Positions 13,401-25,453 are shown, counted from the first letter of the stretch. The stretch: DNA of 43,699 nt from Intoshia linei (GCA_001642005.1 LWCA01000179.1:1-43699); one strand, 5' to 3'. Notes: generated by a model from the letters alone, not told the origin. A program made the numbers and translations.

Positions 13401-13598
13401 TTTAATATTAAAAAAATAATGCAATATAAAACTCCATTCTATTACTATTAATACATTTAAATTTTTATATAAATCTTAAATCAAATTAACAAAATCACAA
13501 AAATTACCTCTATAATCTGTTCCAGAATTGAGTTTAATAACAACTGGATTACCGACAACGGATTTAAGAAATTCAGATGGATTTTTCTTTTTATTCAT
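10452..13598 (-). CDS. LSM6: U6 snRNA-associated Sm-like protein LSm6, 82 aa, 3 exons
   Basis: Exons 13598-13508, 12477-12364, 10495-10452 give MNKKKNPSEFLKSVVGNPVVIKLNSGTDYRGVLTCLDGYMNIALEQTEEYISGQLRSKLGDCFIRGNNVLYISTQKKKNPHL*. Confidence 0.95.
10738..10800 (+). mobile_element. hAT MITE left end (same TIR family as 11562-12218), truncated
   Basis: CAGCCATTCTCAAC preceded by GTATATAC; subterminal CATGTGGACCTCAGGGG. Confidence 0.65.
11562..12218. mobile_element. Complete non-autonomous hAT MITE, 657 bp, in LSM6 intron 2
   Basis: TIRs CAGCCATTCTCAAC / GTTGAGAATGCCTG (13/14); perfect 8-bp TSD ACCTACAC at 11554-11561 and 12219-12226. Confidence 0.92.
12515..12977. mobile_element. Complete non-autonomous hAT MITE, 463 bp, in LSM6 intron 1
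   Basis: TIRs CAGTGGTCCC / GGGACCACTG; perfect 8-bp TSD CATTAAAT at 12507-12514 and 12978-12985; related inverted copy at 16707-18128. Confidence 0.92.
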
Positions 13599-13750
13599 AA
13601 ATAATATCAATAAAAAAAAATTTATAAAAACGATAATTAATTGGTATCCATGAATTAGTTTATATGGAACCGATAATACTTTGAAATTATTTTTTGTAAC
13701 ATTTATCATTGTTGTTTACATAAAATTTGATTATTGGAAAATTTATTTAA
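13599..13750. promoter_or_regulatory. Putative bidirectional promoter LSM6/HADHA
   Basis: Only 152 bp between head-to-head ATGs; no specific motifs identified. Confidence 0.55.
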
Positions 13751-16432
13751 ATGTTTAATTTAATTCGGAGAGCGTCATGCTCGAAGTATCAAGTAGTGAA
13801 ACTGTCAAATTGGCAAAAATTAGGATTTAGATTTAATTCAAATAAGGTATTCTAATTAATTGAATTAATTATCCTTCGATATTTGTCTATTGAATTGTTG
13901 AAAATAATTTACAAAATATTTAAATTAAAGTTTTGAAATTTCTTTGAGGTCATTTATTCAAGATTGAATATCTTATTTTGTACATTTTTAGTTGTTTTCT
14001 ACTAATATTGAACCAAAATACAGTATTACTAACCGGATAGCCGTTGTTAATTTGAACACACGAAACAATAAGGTCAATGTTATTAATAAAGCCATGATTA
14101 ATCATTTTGATCAAATTATTGATGAAATTACTAATGATTCGAATGTAGATGGTAATATTTATACTCCACTGTTAATATGATTTCAAACCTTATGGATCTT
14201 TTGACCCCTTTGTAAACAATGTTGGGTTTTGCCATTGTTGTATAAAGTACCTGTTTTGTAAAAATGGAAAGGTCCAAGGGTTACAAAATTGAATTCATGC
14301 CGAAATTTTTTTGCAAGGGATCCCTTGATTGTGTAATTTGATTTATTTTAATTTATAAACATTTAGGTGTATTGTTCATTTCAACAAAAAAAGATAGCTT
14401 CATTGCCGGCGCTGATGTCAATATGATTACTGATTGTGGCACCGTAAAGGATGCAACTGCTCTAGCAAAAGAAGGACAGCGGATTATGGCAAAAATTGAA
14501 TCATCAACGAAACCAATCGTAGCTGCCATATCTGGGACTTGCTTGGGAGGTGGATTTGAATTTGCTTTATCATGCCACTACAGAATTGCAACTGACACTC
14601 CCTCTACAGTGTTTGGTTTTCCAGAAATATTATTGGGGTTACTTCCAGGCTCAGGAGGAACACAAAGAAGTATTCAGTTGGCTCCGCTGACAGATGCTAT
14701 AGATCTAATGATGACGGGTCGTAGAATAAACGCCAAAAAAGCAAAAAAATTGGGTCTAGTCAACCAAGTAGTGTCCAAACTTGGACCAGGTGTCAATTAT
14801 GACTCTTCTAAAGAAACGATGGCATATTTGCGTCAGATTGGTTTAGAAAAAGTAGAAGAACTTGTTAAAAATAAAGATAAAAAAATTCCAAAAAGAAAGC
14901 CCTCTTGGTTTGAATACATTTTAGACGGAGCAATAAAGTATGATTACGTAAGAAATTTAATGTTGGATAGAATACGAAAACAGGTTTTGAAAAAAACAAA
15001 TGGACTGTATCCAGCACCCTTAAAAATTATTGAGGTTATCAAAGAAACGATACAAAAAGGTGCCGGCAACTGTTATGATTTTGAAGCCGAAAAATTTGGA
15101 GAATTGGTGGTTACAAATGAATCAAAATCTCTAATTTCCTTATTTAACGGTCAAACAATTTGCAAAAAGAATAAATTTACAATCGACGAAAAATTATCCC
15201 CTGAAATTGGCATTTTAGGTGGAGGTTTAATGGGATCCGGTATAGCCTATGTCAGTATGAATAAAGGCATGAACGTAACTTTAAAAGATGTTAATACCCC
15301 CGCGCTACATAGAGCTTCTAAAAACATATCCAAACTAGTCAATGGCTTGGTAAAACGCAGAAAAATTTCAAAATTTGAAGGTGAAAAGTTTCAAAGTCGA
15401 TTAAACCTGACTACAAATTATCGAGACTTTTCAAAAACTAAATTTATAATTGAAGCTGTTTTTGAGGATTTAAAATTAAAACATGCCGTAATTCAAGATC
15501 TGGAAAAGGTTGTTGGAACCGATACAATCATTGCTACAAACACATCAGCACTTCCCATTTCAGAGATTAGTAAAGCTAGCAAACGACCTGAGAATATCAT
15601 TGGAATGCATTATTTTTCACCGGTCGATAAAATGCAATTGGTGGAAATAATTTCTACAAGCAAAACTTCAGATCGAGCAAAAGCTCTCACAAACAAATTG
15701 GCTCTAAACCAAGGAAAAATTGTCATCAATGTTAGGGATGCACCTGGTTTTTTTACAACTAGAGCATTAATACCCAACGTAATTGAATTGACCAATATGG
15801 CTCTAGAAGGTATGTCATTCAATAGAATTGAAAAATTGACCAAAAAACTTGGATTACCGATCGGAGGATTAACCCTAATAGACGAAGTTGGCATTGATGT
15901 AATACACCATATTGTTCCGAATGTTTCTAAAAATTTTCAACTGCGTATGTCAGACAGTCAAAATTGCATAAACGTTTTGCGGGATATGGAAAAATCAAAT
16001 TTATTGGGTCGCAAATCGGGAAAAGGCTACTTTGTGTACTCTAAAGATAAATCTAGCGCTAGACAAGAGTGTACAGAAACAAAAGATATTATTAAGAAAT
16101 ATTCACATCCAAACCCAAATTCACTTTTGAATTTATCTGAGACTGACATGTTTAATGTCGGTATGAAACGAATAATGTTTCGTCTTGTCAATGAATGCGT
16201 TGCCTGTCTTGAAGAAAATATTATTTCAAGCCCTGTTGAAGGAGACATTGGTGCTGTTTTTGGAATCGGTTTTCCTCCGTTCCATGGAGGTCCGTTTAGG
16301 TATGTTGATGTTTATGGTGCTAAGAAATTGGTAGACGAGATGAATCAAATTGCTGATAAGTATGGAAGCGTCTTTTTACCAAATCAATTGTTGGTAGACT
16401 ATGCTAATCAGAATAAAAAATTTTACCAATAA
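13751..16432 (+). CDS. HADHA: Mitochondrial trifunctional enzyme subunit alpha (enoyl-CoA hydratase / 3-hydroxyacyl-CoA dehydrogenase), ~773 aa, 3 exons
   Basis: Exons 13751-13846 (Arg/Ser/Lys-rich, acid-free presequence MFNLIRRASCSK...), 13992-14151, 14367-16432. Motifs FIAGADV, CLGGGFE, PEILLGLLPGSGGTQR, GGGLMGSGI, IEAVFEDL, GMHYFSPV, GFPPFHGGPF. Confidence 0.95.
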
Positions 16433-16493
16433 ATCATTAAACAATTAAAATACGTTTAATTAAAAAATGTGTTTTAATCAGTTGATTGTAGAT

Positions 16494-19382
16494 TCATTTA
16501 TTCGTGACTGGTAAACCAAATTCATCTACTTCAATCTAAATTTTTAATATTTAAATATTTTACCTTTCCATGAACATTAGTTGTTAAACAAAAATTATAG
16601 TAGTCAACCATGAATAAGTTAAAAAATTTCGCGCAACCTTTCAAAAAAATATTGTGCAAATTGAGAAAAATTTTAACTTTTTGATAAATTATTTGAGAGT
16701 TTAAGGCAGTGGTTCTCGATTAAAATAGTGTATGTACCCCATTTCAAAATTTTAATTTTTTTTGACCCAAAACAAAATATAAAACATTTATGAAAAAATA
16801 AAATTGTTGTTTCACATAAGATTTGGTAAAACCTTTTTTTTTTAAAAAATATTTGAAAAAGGGGATTTTTTCATTAAGGGTTGTTAAAATTAGATTTTGG
16901 ATTAGGAAATTGTTGCTCATAAGATTTGATAAAATAGGATATTTTTATTTTGGGATTGGAATAAGAGGTTATTCTTATAAGATGATAGAATCGTGTTTTT
17001 CAAATAAATATTGGAAAAACGGATGTTTCCCTTGAGGCTTAGAATGGTATTTTGGATTAAATTTTATTAATTGGGTTTTATAAAATTTTTGACCATAGTT
17101 TTTTCGATTGAAAATAGTTTTTATACAACTGTTTTAAAGTACACTTCTTGTTAACCCTTCAGCTAAAATTTTAACAATATAATAAAACGAGTGCAAATTT
17201 GAATCGAAAAAGGTGTTTTCATTAACGTTTCAATTGATGATTGCATGTTAAAATAAAATATAAATGACATTACGATCACTGATGTAAGAAAACGAAAACG
17301 TTAATCAAATAATAAGGGTTATACAACAAATTTTCTATTTTCTCAAATTGATTCACGATATTATTTCTTATAAATTACATATATGTAATACATATACAAT
17401 GTATATTATACATTTATAATAATTTTTAGTCATAAAATGAAATATAAAACAATAAAAATTGAATAAGTGTTAAAATTGTAATAATGAATAAATAAATCAT
17501 GAAAAATATTTGAAAAAACTGTAAAATAAGAAATATGTGTAAAAAATTGTTATAACCAATAAAAATTTATATTATAACGCGGGCCGCATAATTGACACCC
17601 TAATCAAAACTCTTGACAATGATAAGTTACTCAGAGGGATTTGACGAGTAAATTCAGTTGGATTTTTATTCATTAAAGTCGAAATAGCTAGTAAAATTAC
17701 AGTTTCTCCCAATGTGTGAGGTTTACAAGCTTTTGCTATAATTTTTGAAATTTCATAAGAAGCTGTTTAAATTTTTATCTTTCTTGATGACTTCATTGAT
17801 AAAGATATTGTTCATTTTAATCGATTTAAATTGTCACGTAGATTTGTAAAATACTCTAGTGATGCATTTTTTCGTTGCCCCAAATTTTTCTTGTGGACCC
17901 CCTAGATGTGTAATTTCTCCTGTGGACCCAAACATTTCATGTGGGCCACTAAGGGGTCCACATGGACCCCCTGGGAACCACTAGTCTAGGCTTTGGGATA
18001 AATTCCCAACATCTGGCAAATCTGTAATAAAAATTAACAAAAGTTGATAAAATTTATTTAAATCTCACGACTACAAAAATATAGTTTTGGACCCAAGAAG
18101 TCCAGAGACTCACAATCGGGAACCACTGATTTAAGAATAATTATATAAAAATATGTGAATATATAAATTGTTATCATGTAATTTTGAAACACTAAGCAAT
18201 ATCATAAAAATCAACATATAAATAATTTAAAATTACAATTGTATCTTAAAAATACCTTGTCTTTATTATCTACATTTGAAGTAGAATTAATAGTACAAGT
18301 AGGAGCATCAGGAGCATTAATAGTAACATCATCAAGTAAATTCATATCATCCTCATCTAAAGCTTCCAACTCATCCAAAAGTTCATCTTCATTGTACATG
18401 TCATCTACATCTGGTCCAGCTATAATTTCTTGAATTTCTTCATGATCCTCACGGATATCAATTAAGTCATCATTCATATCCTATATATTAACATTAACAA
18501 TTACACGTCAACTAAGAATTCAAAATTACATGTAATTTATCAATATTAATAGATTTGGTTTGTTTTTTATAGGTTTTAACAACTTCTTTTTGCAAATTAA
18601 TCTAAAAAAAATTTTCAATATTATTTTCAAGTATTAAGTAACCATTTCATGAGTAGCTTTAACATCTTCCAACATTTGTACATTCTGATCCATATTATCA
18701 ATCATTGACCATTGCTTGGACATATTTGCTTCATATCTAAATGTTTAATTTTTAATTTTTTTTAAAAGTTAAATTACTTTTTTCGATGTTTCAGTAAATG
18801 CAATAATCTTTGTTGTTTTGCTTTCTATATATGATTTTTTTATTATTGTAAAAGTACACTATTAAACTTGAACCTATTGGATTACCTTAGCTGGGCCAGG
18901 TCGTAAACGATCGTATTCTTTTTTAACTACCAAAAGTTGTTTGTTTATTTTGTTTATATTCTTTTCCATATTTTCAATCCTTTCATTTTTCTAAAATCTA
19001 AATTAATTTTGCAAACACGGTATTTTTTATCAGAGTAAAATAAAAATACAAATGTATATAAAAAAAATTTCACTGTTTATATACAAAAAAGTTGGGTCTC
19101 TAAAACAAGGTTCTAAAATTTAATTGATTTAATCAAAATAACGAAAAATATAATTGTAATAATAAGAAATTAAATTTGGTTTGAAATCATATAATACAGT
19201 GTAGTAGAAAGCTTGCCAACAATTTAGTGTAAGTATAAAATACACAGAAAAAATTATTTAAATGGAATGAAAACAGAAAATTAGAAACAAATATAAAAAT
19301 AGTATACCTTTTGAATAATATTATTGGACCTATCTTCGACACCTGGTCCAGGATCTTTTTTCTTTCCGAAAAAGTTGTGCAT
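16494..19382 (-). CDS. CHMP5: Charged multivesicular body protein 5 (Vps60, ESCRT-III Snf7 family), 219 aa, 7 exons
   Basis: Exons 19382-19308, 18990-18886, 18824-18778, 18736-18643, 18601-18530, 18480-18256, 16535-16494. MHNFFGKKK start, RPGPAK, EDELLDELEAL and C-terminal VDEFGLP signature. Confidence 0.9.
16707..18128 (-). mobile_element. hAT MITE (family of 12515-12977, inverted) split by nested insertion(s), in the last CHMP5 intron
   Basis: Ends CAGTGGTTCTCGATT / AATCGGGAACCACTG; degenerate TSD GTTTAAGG / ATTTAAGA (6/8). ~16707-16900 matches the reverse complement of ~12780-12977 and ~18000-18128 matches that of ~12515-12640. Internal second right TIR CTGGGAACCACTA ends at 17983, followed by GTCTAGGC. 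Confidence 0.8.
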
Positions 19383-19505
19383 TATAATTGTATTATAGGC
19401 GAATAAATAAATGTAGTCACGTAATCGTCAATAGTAAAAAATAAAGTACATAATGATAATACAGTACAAGAATCTAACAAGATATGATATAAGAATAATA
19501 TACAA
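19383..19505. promoter_or_regulatory. Putative bidirectional promoter CHMP5/SLC30A9
   Basis: 123 bp between head-to-head ATGs; the SLC30A9 start is inferred. Confidence 0.45.
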
Positions 19506-22500
19506 ATGAAAATTGCAAATGTACTTTATGCTAGATGTCAAGTATGAATTAAGTCTCTCATTTTAATATATTATTTGTTTCAGACTCATTGCATTATGTT
19601 TAAAACTAAAATCAACCTTTCAAATTATAAATTATACAACAGGTTCATTTCAGGGAAGAAAATAGTCAATGTTGTGAAAGGTACATTCATGTTTCGTATT
19701 TTAACCAGAAATTGGTCGTTTGCAAGGATTTTCAGTTTTCACTTGGCGTCGTCTCATTTTTTGTTACTCACGTTGAAAACGACTGACGTACAATTCTAGA
19801 AATATCGAAATTATGTTCATCTAAAATAATTTTATTTTGTATTCTTGGTTTTTTAAGGGTTCAATTAATATTACCTCTTATTCATTAAAATATAACGTTC
19901 TGGTTTAAACTGTCCACTGTCAGAATATTTTATTATTATTTACATTTATTATTATTAGTTGTGTCTGGTAAATCAAAATCAGCTAAAAAAGCCAATATTG
20001 ATTTCTCAACTTCATATACTGATAATGTCTACATTACTGCTTTTAGAGCTATGGATGAATACTTACTTCAATATTCGTAATTTCTTTAATGATTTACTAT
20101 TTATACTTTCTACTCGGTCAGGGAAGCTTAAAATTTTAAAATTTAGCTAATTTAACTATGTTAGTATCATTATTTGTGATGTTCATGATTGACAAGTATC
20201 ATTATTTTTGTTCTTTACGCGTAGTTTTCCCATACGTTTGATTATTATTATGCGTAACATATTTTTTAGAGATTTGTCAAAATTAACCAAAATACAACGC
20301 AGAAGTCCATACTCCGAAGAAAACGTTTTAAATGTTTATTTGAGATCGGATGTTGAAAACGGGTATATTTTAAGTTATAAGTAATAATTTGCTCATGTGT
20401 ATAATGCATTTGTCTATTTTATATCGGCACTAGGTGTCAATTTGTTTTAACTTTTTTAAATTATGGGAACATAAACATAGCATCGAACCTTAAATAAGTA
20501 AATGATTTAAGTTTGAAAAGTTTTACTTGAGCGATCATTTTTCATGAAAGTTGATTAATTATTGTATTTAGAGCAATTAAAAAGTGGGGAAGTTTAAAGA
20601 ACTTGGAAAATGTTCGACTTAATTCGCAAAACTATAAAAATGAAAAGTATAATGGTAAATTTAGTTCATATTAAATTTTTATTTTGTTAGATAATCCTGT
20701 ATTATCTACAGCACGGTATATCGACCAACAAGAAAACAATTCAAAACAAACAAAAACCATTGTATGTGAATTTTTATGTTTTTTTACATTTTTTAGGAAA
20801 AAAGTATGTCACTTTCTTCATTCGGTGCAGGGAGGGTTGTCTTATCGGCTATTGCTATGTTTGTTTATTTTTTTATGTTTTAAAAATTTTTTATAGAAAT
20901 TTAATTAATACTTTTATTAAATTCTATGCTTGGATTATTTCTGGTTCACACAGCATGTTTTCTGAATTTGTTCATTCTATAGCAGATACACTTAATCAAG
21001 TAATACTTATACAATATGGACAGATTAAAAGCTACATTTTGAAAAAAGTGGTTTATGTTGTTTTTATACGTTTAAAAATACAGGTTGTTCAAAAAATTAG
21101 CATAATCTATTTTAACATTAAATCGACGATAATTTTTTAATTATTAGATGAATATTCGCAAAATTTTAAAGGAACAGTAAATGTATAATTATGTTTAATT
21201 TGAAATATTTAATATTTGGTTGAACCTCCTTTTGCCTTGATGAGAGCCGAAATTCTGCGAGGCATACCATTTATGAGGTTTTTAGATAAATCTTTAATTT
21301 TTGAAGAATTGCTCCAGACAGAATGTAAGCGATCAATTAATTCAGATTTTGATTTAATTTGAATTGTATGGACTTTATCTATTATGTGTAATTTACTGAT
21401 TCCCATTGTGGAATTAGCCCTATACCATTACTTTTTGAGGAAATTTAACAGTTTTTTTGATACAATCTGCTCTCGACGCCTCGTGTGACCTTCTATGTAC
21501 ACTAGTAGAACTATCATCCATGACACGAATCATTGATTCGTCAGAAAATATCACCAAAAAAATAATAATTTAGGTTCGATAATATTAATTAATTAATCAA
21601 TTAATTTATTAAAAAAATATTAAATATTAATATATTCAATATTTTTTTAAATTTTAATGAATAACCTGATTTCATTATTCTTCACTCCAATTTTCATAAC
21701 GTTTGACCCATGCTAACCTAGCTTTCATCATTCTCTTAGTTAGAAGAAGTTTTGCAATTTTTTTATAGGATTTATATATGTTTATAGTTTTGAGTTTTCC
21801 AACAATTTCGGTGCAACTTGAATTTCTATTTTTCAGAGCAGTTTTCACTATTATTCTATCGGTTCTTTCATTAGTGGATTTTTGTCTCCCACAATTATTC
21901 CTTTTTGAATTAGAAATATGATGATATCCTTCCAAAGATTTTTTTATCCAAGTTACTACTGACACTATTACTGAGACACACGGTCTACATCAGCTACTTT
22001 TTTTTGTGTCTAATTAGAAGTTTGTAGTATAGCGATTATGGTGTCTTGTTTTTTACCCATACTGAATGATAAAAATTTAAATATTTTAAATAATATATCT
22101 AAGAATGCAAAAAATAAAAATTCAACAAAGTTTTATTTTTGATTATCGCAACCAATTTTAATATTTTCTCTCCATGACGTGAATTTTTTAATACGCACTT
22201 TTTCACTAACGTCATTTTAGTGGTTATCACTCGATTGTTATTCATCAATAAAATAGTCAAAATTCAATTTATTCATCAGATTAATGTCCATCTCAACGTA
22301 CAGTACCGGAAAAAAGTCTTGAGCCACCAAATAGTAATTTGTAACAGTAATGTGTACACAAGTAAAAAGTAAAATATTTAAATTTAAAATAGGATTAGTG
22401 ACTGTAATATGGATAATTTACAGTATAAGTATATAGTATAAGTTAAATTTGGTCATAAATGAAGTAATGATTGGGGGAGGAATTATAAAAAAGGTTGAGA

Positions 22501-24100
22501 ACCCCTGATATATACCATAAAATTGAATCTTTAAATATGTAAATGTAATACTGTACTAACTTTTTCACAGCATTACATTTTAAATTATACAATATTTTTA
22601 TTACTATTTTCAGATTATACTAGCTGTTGGAATACGCCAATCACTCAAAATGCCAGATAGCCAATATCCGTAATTTTTGGTATATCATTCGAACTGGGTC
22701 TTGTTTTTATTAAGACCCACATATGAACTTTTTATTTACAATTGCAAGCACAATAATTTGAACATTAAGGTTGTTGGAAGAGACCCCTTTGAGAGGAGAC
22801 TTTATCAACTTAATGGTATTAAGTCCTAACTTTTTGGCTAGTTATTACTATATGTAGATAATGCAATGTACACTAGGGTGTTAACTTTTTTTAAATCAAA
22901 AATACAGGGTACTGCAGGGTGAGAAATATACACTTAAGAGTCGTGGTATAGTTTTTTAACTTTAAATTTTGAAAAAGTCCGGCCACCCCAAACAAATTAG
23001 TTATTATACATATATTTTTTAATACTAATATTATTAGATATGGATTTTCAAATATTCGAAATATTGCTTCCTTGATTAGTGGAGTGAGTATATTTTTATT
23101 TGGTTCTGGAATGTCAGTTTATCACGGTATTAATGGACTTTTAAATCCGTCTCACTTAGAATCATTAAACTTGGTATTTATTTAAAAATAATACACATTT
23201 TGGATTTAGGCTATGTTTATCCTTGCTACATCATTTGTTACGGAAATGGGTATTTGAATATATATTTTACTAAAAAATTTATATTGTATTGTTTTTTTAA
23301 AATTATTTAGAAATTTAGTGTCTCTATTTTTTGCTACTGCTGAACTTAGATTAAACGCAAAGAAAGAAAAAATCGGATTTTTTTCATATAGTAACAGATT
23401 GATTTCATTTATATACATTTTTAGTAAAGAAAAATGAGGATCCTTCATCTTCTGTAGTATTTTTGGAAGACACAGTTTCTGTTTTGGGTGTTCTTATTGC
23501 TGCTGGGTGTATTCAATTATCATCCTTAACTAATAGCTGCATACCGGATGCATTGGGTTCGGTAGCAATCGGGGGACTTTTATGTTCCGTTGCAACGTTT
23601 GTTATATATAAAAATACAAACCTATTAGTTGGTCAATCGATTCCTTCGGAAGATGTTTCTGCCTTGACGAGAATTTTGGAAGAGGACCGTATCATTAGGT
23701 ATAATCTAATAATTTACATAATTTATAATAGGGCTGTACATGATGTCAAAGCCACTGATATGGGAAACAAGTGGATTCGATTTAAAGCTGAAGTTGACTT
23801 TGATGGTCGACAAGTTGCTCAAAGGTATTTAAAAGATGTCGACATTGATACCCTCACCAAAGTACACAAATACCTTAATTTTTAAAGTTTAACTTTTAGG
23901 AATTAAATGAAATAACCAAATATCCCGATAAACTTGAACCTTTTATGCTAAAACACGGTGAAAATATCATTGATGTTTTAGGAGCCGAAATTGATCGTAT
24001 CGAAAAAAATTTAAAAGTATTTTCTAAAAAAATTTAATTTTTATTTTGAAATTAGAAACGAAACCCCAAATTACGACACGTTGATCTGGAACAATTGTAA
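19506..24100 (+). CDS. SLC30A9: Zinc transporter 9 (CDF family, mitochondrial ZnT9), ~510 aa, 16 exons
   Basis: Exons 19506-19541, 19584-19680, 19959-20076, 20270-20362, 20572-20654, 20691-20761, 20797-20858, 20897-20999, 22614-22669, 23038-23173, 23210-23249, 23319-23390, 23425-23698, 23732-23861, 23900-24016, 24056-24100, all in frame. Motifs RRSPY..VYLRSDVE, SMFSEFVHSIADTLNQ, PYGFSNIRNIASLISGV, LEDT, RAVHDVKATD, RFKAEVDFDGR, KHGENIIDVLGAEIDRIE, RHVDLE. First two exons less certain. Confidence 0.92.
21209..22060 (-). pseudogene. Degenerate Tc1-family (DDE) transposase inside SLC30A9 intron 8
   Basis: MGKK start at 22060, HTH-like region, GRQKSTNERTDRIIV, KARLAWVKRYENW, VIFSDES (first catalytic D), TVKFPQKVMV*G and Tc1 C-terminus MPRRISALIKAKGGSTKY*. 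Multiple stops and frameshifts; the second D and SPDLNPIE segment is deleted. TA-CAG TIR-like starts at 21081 and 22301 do not pair convincingly. Confidence 0.85.
22491..22507 (-). mobile_element. hAT MITE right TIR (relic)
   Basis: AAGGTTGAGAACCCCTG followed by ATATATAC (nnnTAnnn). Confidence 0.55.
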
Positions 24101-24123
24101 CATTTTAATTGTAAATATGTGTA

Positions 24124-25414
24124 TTATATAATAAATTTTCTTGGCGGTGAAAATCCCAGTATTTTTTGAATATTCTAAAGTATAGTGTAACAGATAATTC
24201 TAATAAGTAGAAATGTATTAAGTAATTTTTGGCTTGTGGTGGTATATTTCATAATTATAATGATGCATTATTTCAATAATCATGTAATATAGGAAATATT
24301 CTATTTATTTTTTGGATTACATCTATAATGTTGACTTAAAAAAATCAAAATACGCTTCAATACGATGCCATTACAAATTTACTAAAAATTCGCTAAACCT
24401 TACGCTGATAACAATTAAAACATACCTGTTTTAAAAACATTGTACACATTATATAAAAAAAGAAAAATGAGCAATCAGTCATATCGTTTCCTTCTAAACC
24501 ACGATGTGAAACTCCTTGAATGAAAGAAAAAGGAATAAAGGTCAATTTAGCGATAATTTTTCCAGAAAATCTGAAATTAAGTATAAAATATTAAATATTA
24601 AACATACTTGTTGCCGAAAATCCTCAATAATATAGTGAAAACAATTCCAATTAGAAACATTGATTTCATTTTGGTCTATATCCAAAATATTACTAATACT
24701 TCCAATTCACACTACAATATAAAAACAGGTATCAGGTTTCAAAAGTACCTTAGTCTAAGGGTGAGTGGGCATTTTCTGAGTCTTTATTTGATTATTTAAA
24801 AAAATTGGGTATAAATTTTTTTCCTATCTATCTATTTTGAATACCACTAATTCATTTCTCCGTTTTTATGAAATTAATGAAAATTAATTATTCTAAAAAG
24901 TGATCCGTATCGACTATATTATTCAGAACTACTAATTTACTTTACTTTCAGAAAAAATGTATTTTACTTTTTGTATTTTATTTATAGTTAAAATAGTTTT
25001 TCTAATATCAAGGTTATAAATACAAGAGATAAAAGTTTACCCAATTGAGTTGATTGTTAATTTGAGTTAATTTTTCTTCTTCAATATCTAAAAATGGTCA
25101 TTTATGATAGACTTCAGATTTTTATTCATTACCAATTTTTTTTTTTTTTTTTCTAGAATTTTGATCAACATTACTTTTTATTTTATCCACTAAACGGAAA
25201 AAATTCAAAAAATAAAAAAATACAAAACATTTTTTTGTTTGTTTTTCAACGGTTGATGTGAGTCTTTTGTAAAGAGGCGTACGATACACAAAAATCCATG
25301 TTATAGCTAATGTACAGTTAAAAACTTTGTAAATTATATTTTGAATTAACCTTCTCCAAATAAAACTGTGAAAGATGCTATTAATAAGACGGTAAGGCAC
25401 GATACAACGTACAT
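24124..25414 (-). CDS. TMCO1: Transmembrane and coiled-coil domain protein 1 (Oxa1 superfamily, ER), 169 aa, 7 exons
   Basis: Exons 25414-25351, 25306-25229, 25189-25133, 25087-25041, 24675-24608, 24570-24426, 24174-24124. ITWIFVYRTPLYKRL, KMKSMFLIG, IIAKLTFIPFSFIQGVSHRGLEGNDMTDCSF, NIQKILGFSPPR. Confidence 0.93.
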
Positions 25415-25453
25415 TCAATTTTTATTCAATATTGCTGGTTATTTAATTAAGTA

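Noticed and set aside
15610-16248. Minus-strand ORFs inside HADHA
   Set aside because: Antisense shadows of a long coding exon; no independent signals.
14372-16432. Bacterial fadJ/fadB or horizontally acquired gene
   Set aside because: Two phase-consistent GT-AG introns and a mitochondrial presequence exon show it is eukaryotic HADHA.
22874-22990. hAT-Blackjack-like mini element (TAGGGTG...CACCCCA)
   Set aside because: TIR match too short and no TSD; cannot be supported without other copies.
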